A stretch of 64,000 bases of DNA, taken from Thermoanaerobaculia bacterium (GTDB taxonomy: Bacteria > Acidobacteriota > Thermoanaerobaculia > Multivoradales > UBA5704). Below, one piece after another: positions 10,810 through 20,293 of the stretch (the stretch's first letter is position 1; each line of letters opens with the position of its first letter). A program made the position numbers and the translations under genes. Under the pieces are notes generated by a model that ran no database searches, had not been told where the DNA came from, and worked only from the letters and a program-made list of their open reading frames with translations. The DNA lies in contig JBGAGQ010000024.1 in assembly GCA_044226625.1 (NCBI GenBank), positions 1-64,000 of the forward strand. The letters run 5' to 3'.

Positions 10810-11175
10810 GTGTCCAGAGACGCCAGCTTCGCCAGCCGTATCAGCCAGTGTGACGTCGCGGTGCAGAATCTTCAGGAGCTCGCCCCGAACATCCCGGGCG
10901 GCGAGACGCATCTCGCCGAGATCCGGCAACAGGTCGACGCCCTCCGAGCTTCTCAGGAGAGCATCCAAATGCTGCGCGCCAAGCTCACCGACCTGGTGAT
11001 CCTGCGCCAGCAGCAGAACAAGAAAGCGGGGGCGGCTTTCCGCCTGCTCGCGGCGGCCGCCGGCGCGCACTTCGGATTCGCCAACCCGATCCTCGAAAGC
11101 TTCAACGTCCGCTCCGAGCATCGGGCCAAGCGTGGCCGCAAGAAGAAGGAGGTAAAGCCGCTGCCCGAGAACTGA
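10810..11175 (+). CDS. Small helical protein of unknown function with basic tail; paralog of 54659..55063
   Basis: AAGGAG RBS before GTG; amphipathic helices; LAAA..HFG...P.L..F.V motif; RAKRGRKKK tail. Confidence 0.85.
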   Translation: MSRDASFASRISQCDVAVQNLQELAPNIPGGETHLAEIRQQVDALRASQESIQMLRAKLTDLVILRQQQNKKAGAAFRLLAAAAGAHFGFANPILESFNVRSEHRAKRGRKKKEVKPLPEN

Positions 11176-11297
11176 TCAACTGATCTCGAAGGGTGTGTCG
11201 TGCGCACCGTCCAAAGGGAGCTCCCGCGGCCTGCTTGCAGGACACACCCGACGAATCCGGCCGAGATCGAAAATCGTCGTCGTCGTTTCTAGCTTCG

Positions 11298-11324
11298 AGG
11301 GTGAGGCTTCGCGGGCCTCACCCT
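11298..11324 (+). terminator. Hairpin, possible terminator
   Basis: agggtgaggc / gcctcaccct 10-bp stem with only a weak T tail. Confidence 0.4.
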
Positions 11325-11458
11325 TGTTCACCAGCACTGTAGCGGATTTCCGCTCTTCGAGAGGGTCACGCCTGCGACACCCCGGCCTTGGCCCTGGACG
11401 TCTGATACGATGTCGCCCGCGACGTCAGGGAGCCGTCGTCAACCGTAGGAGGCAAGCG

Positions 11459-11857
11459 ATGTCCCGGTACTCTCTCAGTCTCCCGAACGATCTCAAGCAA
11501 GACGCCGAGCGGCTCGCGGACGAGCAGGGCGTTTCCTTGAATCAGTTCATCCTTTGGGCCGTGGCCGAGAAAGTGGGTGGCCTATCCCAAGGGTTGAACG
11601 ACCCGGGCTTTCCGCAGATTACATACCGGAAGGGAGCTTCGGGATCACCGATCGCCACCCTTCGCGGGTCGGGGGTGCGGGTTCGCACGATTTGGGCCGC
11701 GAGCACTGCCTGGAGCTGGTCACCCGAACAAATCGCCCGCGAGTACGGTCTGCGGATCGATCAGGTGGAGGAGGCGCTTTCGTTCGCGGCCGCCCACCAG
11801 GCGGAGATCGAGGCGGACCTGGAGCGGGAGGAGAAGCTCGCGAGGGCGAGTGCCTAA
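11459..11857 (+). CDS. Putative antitoxin: ribbon-helix-helix-like N-terminus plus DUF433 domain
   Basis: AGGAGG RBS; SLSLPNDLK..GVSLNQFI; P..LRGSGVRV..SPEQIAREYGL..DQVEEALSF. Confidence 0.8.
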   Translation: MSRYSLSLPNDLKQDAERLADEQGVSLNQFILWAVAEKVGGLSQGLNDPGFPQITYRKGASGSPIATLRGSGVRVRTIWAASTAWSWSPEQIAREYGLRIDQVEEALSFAAAHQAEIEADLEREEKLARASA

Positions 11858-12194
11858 ACTGCGCCTGCACCTCGACGCCGACACCTCCAACCGAGCGATC
11901 GAAAAGGCGTTGGCCGAGAAGGGCCACGACGTAACCCGAACCCCGGCCCCGTGGATACCCTTCGATGCGGACGACGAAACGCAGCTTCTTCGAGCGACGG
12001 CTCGCGGCCGGTGCATCTTCACCTTCAACGTCCGAGACTTCGTCGTCCTTTCCGAGCGCCATCCGCAGCACGCGGGCATAGTCCTCGCCGCTCAGCGTAG
12101 CTGGACGTTGTCGGAGCTGATCGCAGCCCTCGATCTCCTGCTGACCGAATCCCCGGAGATGCGAGGAAGGGTGGAATGGCTGAGACGAGGGTAG
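11850..12194 (+). CDS. DUF5615 PIN-like putative toxin
   Basis: LRLHLDAD, GHDV, DDETQL..A...GRCIFTFNVRDF, HAGIVL; overlaps the DUF433 gene. Confidence 0.82.
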   Translation: MPKLRLHLDADTSNRAIEKALAEKGHDVTRTPAPWIPFDADDETQLLRATARGRCIFTFNVRDFVVLSERHPQHAGIVLAAQRSWTLSELIAALDLLLTESPEMRGRVEWLRRG

Positions 12195-12313
12195 GCGGGG
12201 GCGAGGCCACCCTTTCCCGTGGCTATCGCTCGCAGTGACGGAAGAGGGCGGCTTCGATTTTCGGGCTCAGCGAGGAGAAGGGGACGTGGGCTCGTCCTTG
12301 AGCACCCGCCTTC

Positions 12314-13279
12314 TCAAGCCGTAGCCGGCTTCTCGCACGCCCCCGCCGCCGGAATCTCCGTCCCGGCCTTCTCGCGTTCCTTCTCTCTCCGGGCCGCGAA
12401 CGTAACCATCGCCACGCCGGCCACGATGACCCCGGCGGCGAGGAGGATGCGGGAGGAGATCGCCTCGCCGCCGAGCGCCCAGCCGAGAAAGACCGCGACC
12501 AGGGGGTTCACGTAGGAATAGGTCGAGGCGATCGCGGGCGGCGCGTTCTGCACCAGCCAGACGAAAGCGGTGTAGGCGACGATCGCGCCGAAGACGATCA
12601 GATAGCCCAAGGCGAGCAGCGAATGGACGCTGACCTTACCCGGATCGAAGCGCGAGGGTTCCCCGGTGGCCATCGCGACCAACGAGAGAACCGCGCCGCC
12701 GGTAAGCATCTGAAGCGAGGTCGAGAGGATCGGGGTCGTCGGCAGCGGCACCCGCCGGGAAAGCACCGACCCTGCTGCCCAGGAGACCGCCGAAAGAGTG
12801 ACCGCGATCAACCCGAGCGGATCGACGTGCATCGATCCGCCGGAGCCCGGCGCGACGAGTAGGCAGACCCCGGCGAAACCGAGCCCGAGTCCTCCGAGCG
12901 TCTTGGCCGAAGGCGCCTTGCCTCCCGGCATCATCCAGCCGATCAGCACCATCCAGAACGGCATCGTGGTGACGAGCAGCGCGGCCAGCCCCGAGTCGAT
13001 CCGGGTTTCGGCCCACACCACCCCGCCGTTGCCTCCGACGAGGAGAAGCGTGCCGACCAGGGCGGACGATGCCCAGTGGCGAGGCTCCGGCCTCCCTTCG
13101 CCCCGCGCCTTGGCGATCGCGAACAGGATCGCACCGGCGATCATGAAACGGATGCCCGCCATGGTGAACGGGGGAATCGTCTCGATGGCGAACCGAATGG
13201 CGAGATAGGTCGAGCCCCAGATCAGGTAGAGGGCCGAAAGGGAAAGGATGAGCAGCAAGCGGTGCCGGCGATCAGCCAC
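12314..13279 (-). CDS. EamA/DMT-family transporter (YedA-like)
   Basis: YLIWGSTYLAIR, about 10 TM helices, YSYVNPLVAVFLG; GTG start overlaps the Lrp gene stop. Confidence 0.92.
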   Translation of the reverse strand: MADRRHRLLLILSLSALYLIWGSTYLAIRFAIETIPPFTMAGIRFMIAGAILFAIAKARGEGRPEPRHWASSALVGTLLLVGGNGGVVWAETRIDSGLAALLVTTMPFWMVLIGWMMPGGKAPSAKTLGGLGLGFAGVCLLVAPGSGGSMHVDPLGLIAVTLSAVSWAAGSVLSRRVPLPTTPILSTSLQMLTGGAVLSLVAMATGEPSRFDPGKVSVHSLLALGYLIVFGAIVAYTAFVWLVQNAPPAIASTYSYVNPLVAVFLGWALGGEAISSRILLAAGVIVAGVAMVTFAARREKEREKAGTEIPAAGACEKPATA

Positions 13280-13790
13280 GGGAAGACTCCTCGACGGAAA
13301 GCTCTTGAGCGACCGAGGCGTCGGCTGGCAGCTCCAGCGAAGACGCCTCGAAAAGAGTGTGCAGGACGATCGTGGTGCGTGTGCTGGTGACGCTCGGCAC
13401 GGCGCTGAAGCCCTCGTTGAGCAGTCGGCCGAGGGCGCGCGTGTCCTTGGCGCGAACCTTGACCAGGTAGCAGTCCTCGCCGGCGATGTGGTGGACCTCT
13501 TGGACGCCGGGGATGTGCGCCAGGACCTCTCCGGCCCGCGCTTCTCCGGGACGCTCTTCGACCCGGACGAAGATGAACGCGAGTAGACCCAGATCGATCG
13601 CTTCGGGATCCAGCCGGGTCTCGTAGCCGCGAATGACCCCCCGCGACTCCATCTTCTTGATCCGTTCGAATACGGCGGAGGGAGCGAGGCCCACTTCCCG
13701 GGCGATCTCCGCGTTCGGCACGCGGGCATTCGCCTGGAGCGCTCGGAGGATGGCGCGGTCGAGCTCGTCGAGAGTCTGATCCTTAGACAT
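13272..13790 (-). CDS. Lrp/AsnC-family regulator
   Basis: LDELDRAILRALQANAR HTH, GVIRGY, HHIAGEDCYLVKV. Confidence 0.93.
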   Translation of the reverse strand: MSKDQTLDELDRAILRALQANARVPNAEIAREVGLAPSAVFERIKKMESRGVIRGYETRLDPEAIDLGLLAFIFVRVEERPGEARAGEVLAHIPGVQEVHHIAGEDCYLVKVRAKDTRALGRLLNEGFSAVPSVTSTRTTIVLHTLFEASSLELPADASVAQELSVEESSRG

Positions 13791-13882
13791 GAGGCATCCA
13801 ACAACCGAAGGATCAGCGGTATTCCAGCCGATCAATTGAAGATCGTTCGGCGATTTGTGCTCGCTGGCAGGCGATTCGCCGG

Positions 13883-14944
13883 CTAGATCGCGATCCGGCT
13901 TTCCGCCTCGGCGGTAAACGGATCGTCCGCCTCGCCACGCCGCAGCCGAAGGAGTGCCGCGTGGGCGATCATCGCGGCGTTGTCGCCGGAGAAAACCAAC
14001 GGGACGAGCCGGAGGGCCACGTCGTTTTCGCTGGCCCACGTGGTGAGCTCTCGCCGCAGGAGCCGGTTGGCTGCGGCCCCCCCCGAAACGGCGAGCAGGG
14101 GGATCGTTTCCTGCCGGTGGAGCCGGTTGACTCGGTCGAGGACCTGTCCGACGGCGGCGGCCCGGAAACCGGCGAGGAGGTCGAGCACTTCCTCCGGCGC
14201 GTCGAGCGTTCCGCCATTCGCGCCGAGGTCGATCGGACCGCTCTCTCTCTCCAGTTTTTCGATCTCCAGAAGCGCCTGACTCTTGAGTCCGGAGAAAGAG
14301 ACGTCGAGCGAGCCGCCGCAGTCGGGGATCGCGAACCGGCGCGTCGTGGGGTTTCCCCGCTCGGCGAGCTCGTCCACCCGCGGACCCTGGGGATAGGGCA
14401 AGCCGAGTCGCTTTCCCACCTTGTCGAACACCTCACCCATCGCGTCGTCCCGCGCCTCGCCGAGCGTGGTCGCCCGGTTGGCCTCGACGGCGAACAGATT
14501 GCTGTGACCGCCGGAAACGACCAGGCCGACGAAGCGATCAGGGGGCGGCTCCGCGGGCTCGGCGGCGCGGAGGAGCGGTGAAAAGAGATGCCCTTCGAGG
14601 TGATGGACCGCGAAGAAGGGGCGACCGAGCGCGAAGGCGAGTGCCTTGCCGAGCGAAAGGCCGACGAGCAGCGAGCCGACCAGGCCAGGGCCGCGGGTCG
14701 CGGCGACCGCCGAAATCCGGTCCAGGCCGATCCCCGAGCGTTCGAGGGCCTCTTCGGCGACCGCCGGCCAGTTTTCCAGGTGCGCTCGCGACGCGATTTC
14801 AGGAACCACCCCACCGTACGGCCGGTGGGCGGCCAATTGGCTGGAAACGACCGATGCGAGGACGCGGGCCTCCCCGTCGAGCACGGCGCAAGCCGTATCG
14901 TCGCAGGAGGTTTCGATGCCTAAGAGAAAGGGGGCCGGGTGCAT
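13883..14944 (-). CDS. tsaD: tRNA threonylcarbamoyltransferase
   Basis: LGIETSCDDT, GGVVPEIASRAH, HHLEGH, VSGGH, DNAAMIA. Confidence 0.96.
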   Translation of the reverse strand: MHPAPFLLGIETSCDDTACAVLDGEARVLASVVSSQLAAHRPYGGVVPEIASRAHLENWPAVAEEALERSGIGLDRISAVAATRGPGLVGSLLVGLSLGKALAFALGRPFFAVHHLEGHLFSPLLRAAEPAEPPPDRFVGLVVSGGHSNLFAVEANRATTLGEARDDAMGEVFDKVGKRLGLPYPQGPRVDELAERGNPTTRRFAIPDCGGSLDVSFSGLKSQALLEIEKLERESGPIDLGANGGTLDAPEEVLDLLAGFRAAAVGQVLDRVNRLHRQETIPLLAVSGGAAANRLLRRELTTWASENDVALRLVPLVFSGDNAAMIAHAALLRLRRGEADDPFTAEAESRIAI

Positions 14945-15036
14945 CGGCCGACTCTAGACCGAATTTCGGGGACAGCGGGCGGTGCAGGCCCCCCGGTCGG
15001 GTCACCGGGAGGCGGGCAACCGGAACCTCGGCCCGT

Positions 15037-15396
15037 TCAGGACGCGGCGGGCGCGGCGTCCGCCGCGGGCTCGGCCTGCGGGATCACGATCGGTTCGTAG
15101 ACCGGGATCTCGAAGCGGAGCGGCTCGGGCAGGTTGTGCAAGAACGACTTCCACTCGTCCGTGACGTTGTCGAACAAGAGGTTCTCGTTCTTGTAGATGT
15201 CGTGGGTCACGATGTAGCTGTCATGCACGTAGACGATCGACTCGTCGTCCAGGGTAAGCTGGACCTCGACCTCTTTGCCGTCCACGTCCTTCTTCTCCTT
15301 CCGGGCGTTTTCGGGCTTCTCGCTCCAACCCGGATAGGCGCGCAAGTCCTTCAAAAGATAGGCCTTGCAATAGTCGCTCATCTCTTTCTCAGCCAT
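15037..15396 (-). CDS. Acidic conserved hypothetical protein
   Basis: AGGAGG RBS, strong GC3 codon bias, YCKAYLLKDLRAYPGW N-terminal motif. Confidence 0.75.
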   Translation of the reverse strand: MAEKEMSDYCKAYLLKDLRAYPGWSEKPENARKEKKDVDGKEVEVQLTLDDESIVYVHDSYIVTHDIYKNENLLFDNVTDEWKSFLHNLPEPLRFEIPVYEPIVIPQAEPAADAAPAAS

Positions 15397-15642
15397 TTCA
15401 CCATCCTCCTTTAGGGGCGCTCGAATTCACCTGCTCGATTCGCGGCCGGAGCGCTCCCCAAGGTCGCGCCTGATGGGGGACACCAATCCACGCCGGGCCT
15501 CAGTCCGACCGCATCCTATTCGGTGTCGTCGAGCGGGTAGGGCGGGACAGCGCTGATAGACTTCGGGTCGACCCGCTCGGAGGCTCCGCCTCCGAATCGC
15601 GTCGGAATCCCGGGGACAACCGGCCGGACCTCGATCCCAGCT

Positions 15643-16656
15643 ATGACGATCCGATACGCCATCAACGGCCTCGGCCGCGTCGGCCGCGCCCTGATCCGTG
15701 CGACGCGTGGGCGGCCCCACCTGGAGCTGGTCGCCGCGAACGACCTCGTGCCGGCCTCGCAGCTTGCGCGCCTGATCTCCCGCGATACGGTACATGGGCC
15801 CTATCCCGGAACGGTGGAACCCACGGCGGAAGGTTTGCTCCTCGATGGACGAGAGGTGCCGGTGTATGCCTCGACGCGGCCGGATGAGATTCCGTGGGAA
15901 CGCCATGGCGTCGAGGTCGTCGTCGAGGCGACCGGTCGTTTCTTGGGCCGCGGTGAAGCGGCAGGCCATCTCAAAGACGGGGTTCGTCACGTCGTCCTGT
16001 CGGCCAACTCCGACCCGGCCGACCCTTCGGACGTGACGATCTGCCTCGGGGTGAACGACCGGACGCTCGATCCGTCCCGCCACGGAATCATCAGCAACGC
16101 CTCGTGTACGACCAACGGCCTCGCCCTCGTCCTCGACGTGCTCGATCAGGAAGTCGGCGTTCGCAGCGCGTTGATGAGCACGGTCCATGCCTATACGGAA
16201 AACCAACGGCTTCTCGACGGATCGCATGCCGATCCTCGACGCGCCCGCGCCGCGGCCCTCAATGTGATTCCGACCCCGACTTCCGCTCCGGGGGCGCTCG
16301 CCAAGGTTCTACCGAGCCTCGCCGGGCGCGTCGAGGGGCTCGCGATTCGCGTCCCGACAGGCGCGGTCGCAATGCTCGACCTGGCCATCGAGCTCGCTGG
16401 CGACCGTTCGCGAGAGGAACTCGCACGGACTTTTCGCCGGGCGGCCGAAGGTCCGCTCGCCGGGCTGCTCGGCGTCACCGACGAGGAGCTGGTCTCCTCC
16501 GATTTCATCGGCGATCGGCGATCGGTGGTGGTCGACCTGCCGCTGCTGCAGACTGTGGGCGGCCGGCTCGCGCGGGTCGTCGCCTGGTACGACAACGAAT
16601 GGGGATATGCCCACCGGCTCGCCGACCTGCTCGGCCGTCTGGCTCTATCCGGTTGA
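15643..16656 (+). CDS. gap: Glyceraldehyde-3-phosphate dehydrogenase
   Basis: INGLGRVGR, SNASCTTN, WYDNEWGY; first gene of gap-pgk-tpi. Confidence 0.92.
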   Translation: MTIRYAINGLGRVGRALIRATRGRPHLELVAANDLVPASQLARLISRDTVHGPYPGTVEPTAEGLLLDGREVPVYASTRPDEIPWERHGVEVVVEATGRFLGRGEAAGHLKDGVRHVVLSANSDPADPSDVTICLGVNDRTLDPSRHGIISNASCTTNGLALVLDVLDQEVGVRSALMSTVHAYTENQRLLDGSHADPRRARAAALNVIPTPTSAPGALAKVLPSLAGRVEGLAIRVPTGAVAMLDLAIELAGDRSREELARTFRRAAEGPLAGLLGVTDEELVSSDFIGDRRSVVVDLPLLQTVGGRLARVVAWYDNEWGYAHRLADLLGRLALSG

Positions 16657-16748
16657 TCGACCTGATCGCGAGGCGCCGAGGTCGCGCCGGTTCGCGCCGA
16701 CTCGAGCTGGTTTGAGAAGAACGATCGATTCACGGGAGGGATGCTCCG

Positions 16749-17978
16749 ATGGTGCCTGGCAACATGAAACGGCTCGCGACCCTGGAAGATCTCGATCTCT
16801 CCGATCTTCGGGGGCGGCGAGTCTTCGTCCGCGTGGACTTCAACGTACCCATGACGAAAGCCGGCGAGGTCGCCGACACGACCCGGCTCGAAGAGGCTCT
16901 GCCGACGATCCGCGAGCTTCGTAGCGCGGGAGCGAAGGTGATCCTGGCCTCTCATCATGGCCGGCCCAAAGGTGGGCCGGATCCGAAATACAGCCTCAAA
17001 CCGGTCGCTGCCAAGCTCGGAGAGCTGCTCGGGGCCGAGGTCCGCTTCGTCGACGATTGCATCGGAGCGAGCGCCGAGGCTGGGATCGCCGGGCTCGCCG
17101 CAGGCGGCGTCCTGGTGCTCGAAAACCTTCGATTCCACGCCGGAGAGACGGCGAACGATCCCGACTTCGGGGCGGCGCTCGCGGCTCTCGCCGAGGCCTA
17201 CGTGGACGACGCGTTCGGCTCCGCGCATCGCGCCCATGCCTCGGTCGTGGGCATCGCGGAGCGTTTGTCGCGCCGCGCGGCGGGACGGTTGATGGTTCGG
17301 GAGGTCGAGTCCCTGGGCCGGCTGCTCGGAGAGCCCGAGCGGCCGTTCGCGGCGGTCCTCGGAGGCGCGAAGATCGAGGGGAAGATCGAAACGCTCGAGA
17401 ACCTTTTGCCCCGGCTCGACCTCCTCCTGCTGGGCGGAGGGATGGCGAACACTTTCCTCGCGGCGCAGGGATTCGACCTCGGCGCCTCGCTGTTCGAGCC
17501 CGACCGCCTGGACCTCGCCAAGGAGATTCTCGCGAGGGCCGCGGCGCAGGGCACGGAAGTCCTCCTTCCCGTCGACCTGGTCACGACGGACGACCTCGAC
17601 GCGCCGCAGCGTGTGGAAACCGTCGCGGTGGGCGAAGTGCCGGCGGGTGCCAAGGCGGTCGACGTCGGCCCCGCGACGCGCGCGGCGTACGGAGAGGCGA
17701 TCGCCCGGGCGCGGACGTTGTTTTGGAACGGGCCGCTCGGGGTGTTCGAAAAACCGCCGTTCGACGATGGGACGCGATCGCTCGCGAGGACCCTCGGCGA
17801 TCTGCCCTGTTTCTCGGTGGTCGGCGGCGGCGAGACCGTGGCCGCGGTGCGCCAGGCGGGGGTCGCCGACCGGATCGGCCACGTCTCGACCGGAGGGGGC
17901 GCCTCGCTGGAGTTCTTGGCGGGAAAGATCCTGCCGGGCGTCGCGGTTCTCGAACGGCTGCCGGAAGGGGAAGGCTGA
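16749..17978 (+). CDS. pgk: Phosphoglycerate kinase
   Basis: [41 protein letters not shown]. Confidence 0.97.
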   Translation: MVPGNMKRLATLEDLDLSDLRGRRVFVRVDFNVPMTKAGEVADTTRLEEALPTIRELRSAGAKVILASHHGRPKGGPDPKYSLKPVAAKLGELLGAEVRFVDDCIGASAEAGIAGLAAGGVLVLENLRFHAGETANDPDFGAALAALAEAYVDDAFGSAHRAHASVVGIAERLSRRAAGRLMVREVESLGRLLGEPERPFAAVLGGAKIEGKIETLENLLPRLDLLLLGGGMANTFLAAQGFDLGASLFEPDRLDLAKEILARAAAQGTEVLLPVDLVTTDDLDAPQRVETVAVGEVPAGAKAVDVGPATRAAYGEAIARARTLFWNGPLGVFEKPPFDDGTRSLARTLGDLPCFSVVGGGETVAAVRQAGVADRIGHVSTGGGASLEFLAGKILPGVAVLERLPEGEG

Positions 17979-17982
17979 GCCG

Positions 17983-18831
17983 ATGGCCGTCGCCGAGCCG
18001 GGACTCGAAGCCGCGAGCTGGACCGCCTGGCAGGAAGTTGCGGTGGAACCGATGGGGCGACAGCTGGTCGCCGCGAATTGGAAGATGCACTTGCTGCGCG
18101 ACGAGGCGACCGAATTCTGCTCCGGTCTGCTCGATCGACTGCCCGCCGCCGGGCCGCAAATCGCGATCTTTCCGAGTTTCCCGCTCATTCCGATCGTGGT
18201 CGACCAACTCGCCGGCAGCGACGTCGTGGTCGGCGGTCAGGACCTCCACCCCGAGGCCAAGGGGGCGCACACCGGCGACGTCTCCGGTGTTCAGCTGGCC
18301 GACGCCGGGGCGAGTTGGGTGCTTTGCGGGCATAGCGAGCGTCGCCGCGACCATGCCGAAGGGGACGATTTGGTCGGCCGCAAAGTCCGTGCGGCGTTCC
18401 GAGCCGGTCTCACTCCCCTCGTCTGCCTCGGCGAGACACGGGAGGAGCGTCAATCCGGGCAGACCTTCGAGGTGCTCGCGCGCCAGTTGACGGGCGCGCT
18501 CGGTCCCCCGATAGGACCGGTCGGCACGGACGGCCCCGCGATGCCCCGCTTCGCCCTTGCCTATGAGCCGGTTTGGGCCATCGGGACGGGCGAAGTGGCG
18601 ACACCGGAGACCGCATCCGAAGCGCACCGATTCCTTCGCAGGGAGCTCGCGCGTCGGCTCGGCGAGGATGCGGCCGAGGCGATCTCGATCGTTTACGGCG
18701 GCTCGGTGACGCCCGAAAACGCCCCCGATCTCGCCGCCGCCGAGGGGATCGACGGCTTTTTGGTCGGCGGCGCGAGCCTTGACCTGGAAAAATTCTTGAG
18801 TATCATCTCCCCCTTCGGTCGGACGACCTGA
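17983..18831 (+). CDS. tpiA: Triosephosphate isomerase (start at 17983 or 18052)
   Basis: ANWKM, GHSERR, AYEPVWAIGTG, YGGSV, LVGGASL. Confidence 0.96.
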   Translation: MAVAEPGLEAASWTAWQEVAVEPMGRQLVAANWKMHLLRDEATEFCSGLLDRLPAAGPQIAIFPSFPLIPIVVDQLAGSDVVVGGQDLHPEAKGAHTGDVSGVQLADAGASWVLCGHSERRRDHAEGDDLVGRKVRAAFRAGLTPLVCLGETREERQSGQTFEVLARQLTGALGPPIGPVGTDGPAMPRFALAYEPVWAIGTGEVATPETASEAHRFLRRELARRLGEDAAEAISIVYGGSVTPENAPDLAAAEGIDGFLVGGASLDLEKFLSIISPFGRTT

Positions 18832-18850
18832 AGGCTTGGAGGCTTTCCGC

Positions 18851-19189
18851 GTGATCTATCTCTTCTACACCGTGCACATCATCGTCTGTGTGTTCCTGAT
18901 CCTGGTGGTCCTTCTCCAGCAGGGCAAGGGCGCGGACCTTTCGGTGTTCGGCGGCGGTGCCACCCAGACGGTGTTCGGGGCGCGCGGTGCGACCACCCTG
19001 CTGCACAAGCTGACGGTCAGCTCGTTCGTCATCTTCATCTTGACGACCCTCGCGATCGCCGTGGTCCAGCGGCGTGAAGAAGGAACGTCCGTCATGAAGG
19101 GCCTCGCCGGAAAGTCCAGTGCTTCGAAGCCGGCGCCGGCCGCTCCGAAGGCCCCGGCTCCCGCGCCGGCCCCGGCGCAGAAGCCGTAG
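18851..19189 (+). CDS. secG: Preprotein translocase subunit SecG
   Basis: LILVVLLQQGKGADL..FGGG, two TM helices, located after tpiA. Confidence 0.95.
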   Translation: MIYLFYTVHIIVCVFLILVVLLQQGKGADLSVFGGGATQTVFGARGATTLLHKLTVSSFVIFILTTLAIAVVQRREEGTSVMKGLAGKSSASKPAPAAPKAPAPAPAPAQKP

Positions 19190-19262
19190 TTAGCCGTTTT
19201 TTGCGAGCCGTTCCTCGCGGCCCGTTTGAAGGACCCGCCCCCGGGCGGAACGAGTTCTTTGT

Positions 19263-19347
<85 letters not shown>

Positions 19348-19378
19348 TCTCCTTCCCCTCAGCTCCCCCGATCCGGTC

Positions 19379-20197
19379 TCAGTGAACCCAGGGTCCCTTG
19401 CGAACCTGGCCTCCCGGCCCTTCGCTTCGAGGGACGGCGCGCAAATTCCGCTTCTTCTGCAGACGAGAGAGCTTCCATTCGAGATAGCGCTTGCGGAGGC
19501 GTAGGCGGAGCTCTTTGAGTCCTCCGCCCCGTCCGCCGCGGTTACCCCGGTAGCCCCAACCCGCCGGGCGCCACCAGGCGAACGCGGTCGCCGTCCCGAT
19601 ACCGACGAGGCCCCCGATGTCGTGCGTCTGAAGGAAGCCAAGGAAGGCCACCAGCAGGGTGATCGCCGGAAACCAAGCCGCCCGGACCGGGAGGACGAAG
19701 AACAGATAGATGGTGGCCTCCCGGTGCAGCACGGCGAACGAGGCGATCAAGAGCGCCAGAAGGATCCGCTGGCCCTGCATCATGGAGAGATCGGCCGCGC
19801 CGGCCGCGCCCCACGTCACGACGAGGAGCTCGACGGCGAGGGCCGCGGCGCCTGCGATCAGCGCGCCCGGCAGGATCAACCGCCAGAAGCGTCGCCGCCC
19901 GATGTCGAGGAAGACGTCGCGCGAGAACCAGAAGAGGACGAGGAACTCGAAGACGATGCCGAGGCCGGGTTGACCGATGCCGGCAAAAGGATAGGTGGCG
20001 AGTTGCCAAACGAAGCCGCGCTGCCAGACGGCGGGGGATAGCCAGAGGAGCCAGGGGACGATCGCCGTGGACGCGAAGAACTGGCAAGAAAACGTGACGA
20101 AAAGAACCGCGAGGATCGCGATCACGTCCCGCGGCGGCGTTCCCGAGGGACCGCCGAAACCGGGGAGGGAAAAACGGCCGGGCTGGCTGGAATACAT
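19379..20197 (-). CDS. Rhomboid-like membrane protein, catalytic motif not evident
   Basis: WQLATYPF loop motif, about 6 TM helices, basic C-terminal tail; no GxSG. Confidence 0.65.
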   Translation of the reverse strand: MYSSQPGRFSLPGFGGPSGTPPRDVIAILAVLFVTFSCQFFASTAIVPWLLWLSPAVWQRGFVWQLATYPFAGIGQPGLGIVFEFLVLFWFSRDVFLDIGRRRFWRLILPGALIAGAAALAVELLVVTWGAAGAADLSMMQGQRILLALLIASFAVLHREATIYLFFVLPVRAAWFPAITLLVAFLGFLQTHDIGGLVGIGTATAFAWWRPAGWGYRGNRGGRGGGLKELRLRLRKRYLEWKLSRLQKKRNLRAVPRSEGPGGQVRKGPWVH

Positions 20198-20263
20198 CGG
20201 CTAGAGCCTCCACCGCCGATTCTATCCGCCCGACGGAAGGTACGTTCGGAGAGTCCCTTCCAT

Positions 20264-20293
20264 CTCAGGGCCGCTCAGGGCCGCTCAGGCCCG
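20264..20293. repeat. 3 x 10-bp tandem repeat over the permease stop codon
   Basis: ctcagggccg ctcagggccg ctcaggcccg. Confidence 0.7.

Noticed and set aside
15643-16656. Divergent GAPDH motifs (GLGRVGR, SCTTNGL) as a novel enzyme
   Set aside because: The catalytic Cys and the gap-pgk-tpi context are intact; the variation is within the family range.
20264-20293. 10-bp triple repeat as a functional element
   Set aside because: It looks like local slippage duplication around a stop codon, with no further support.
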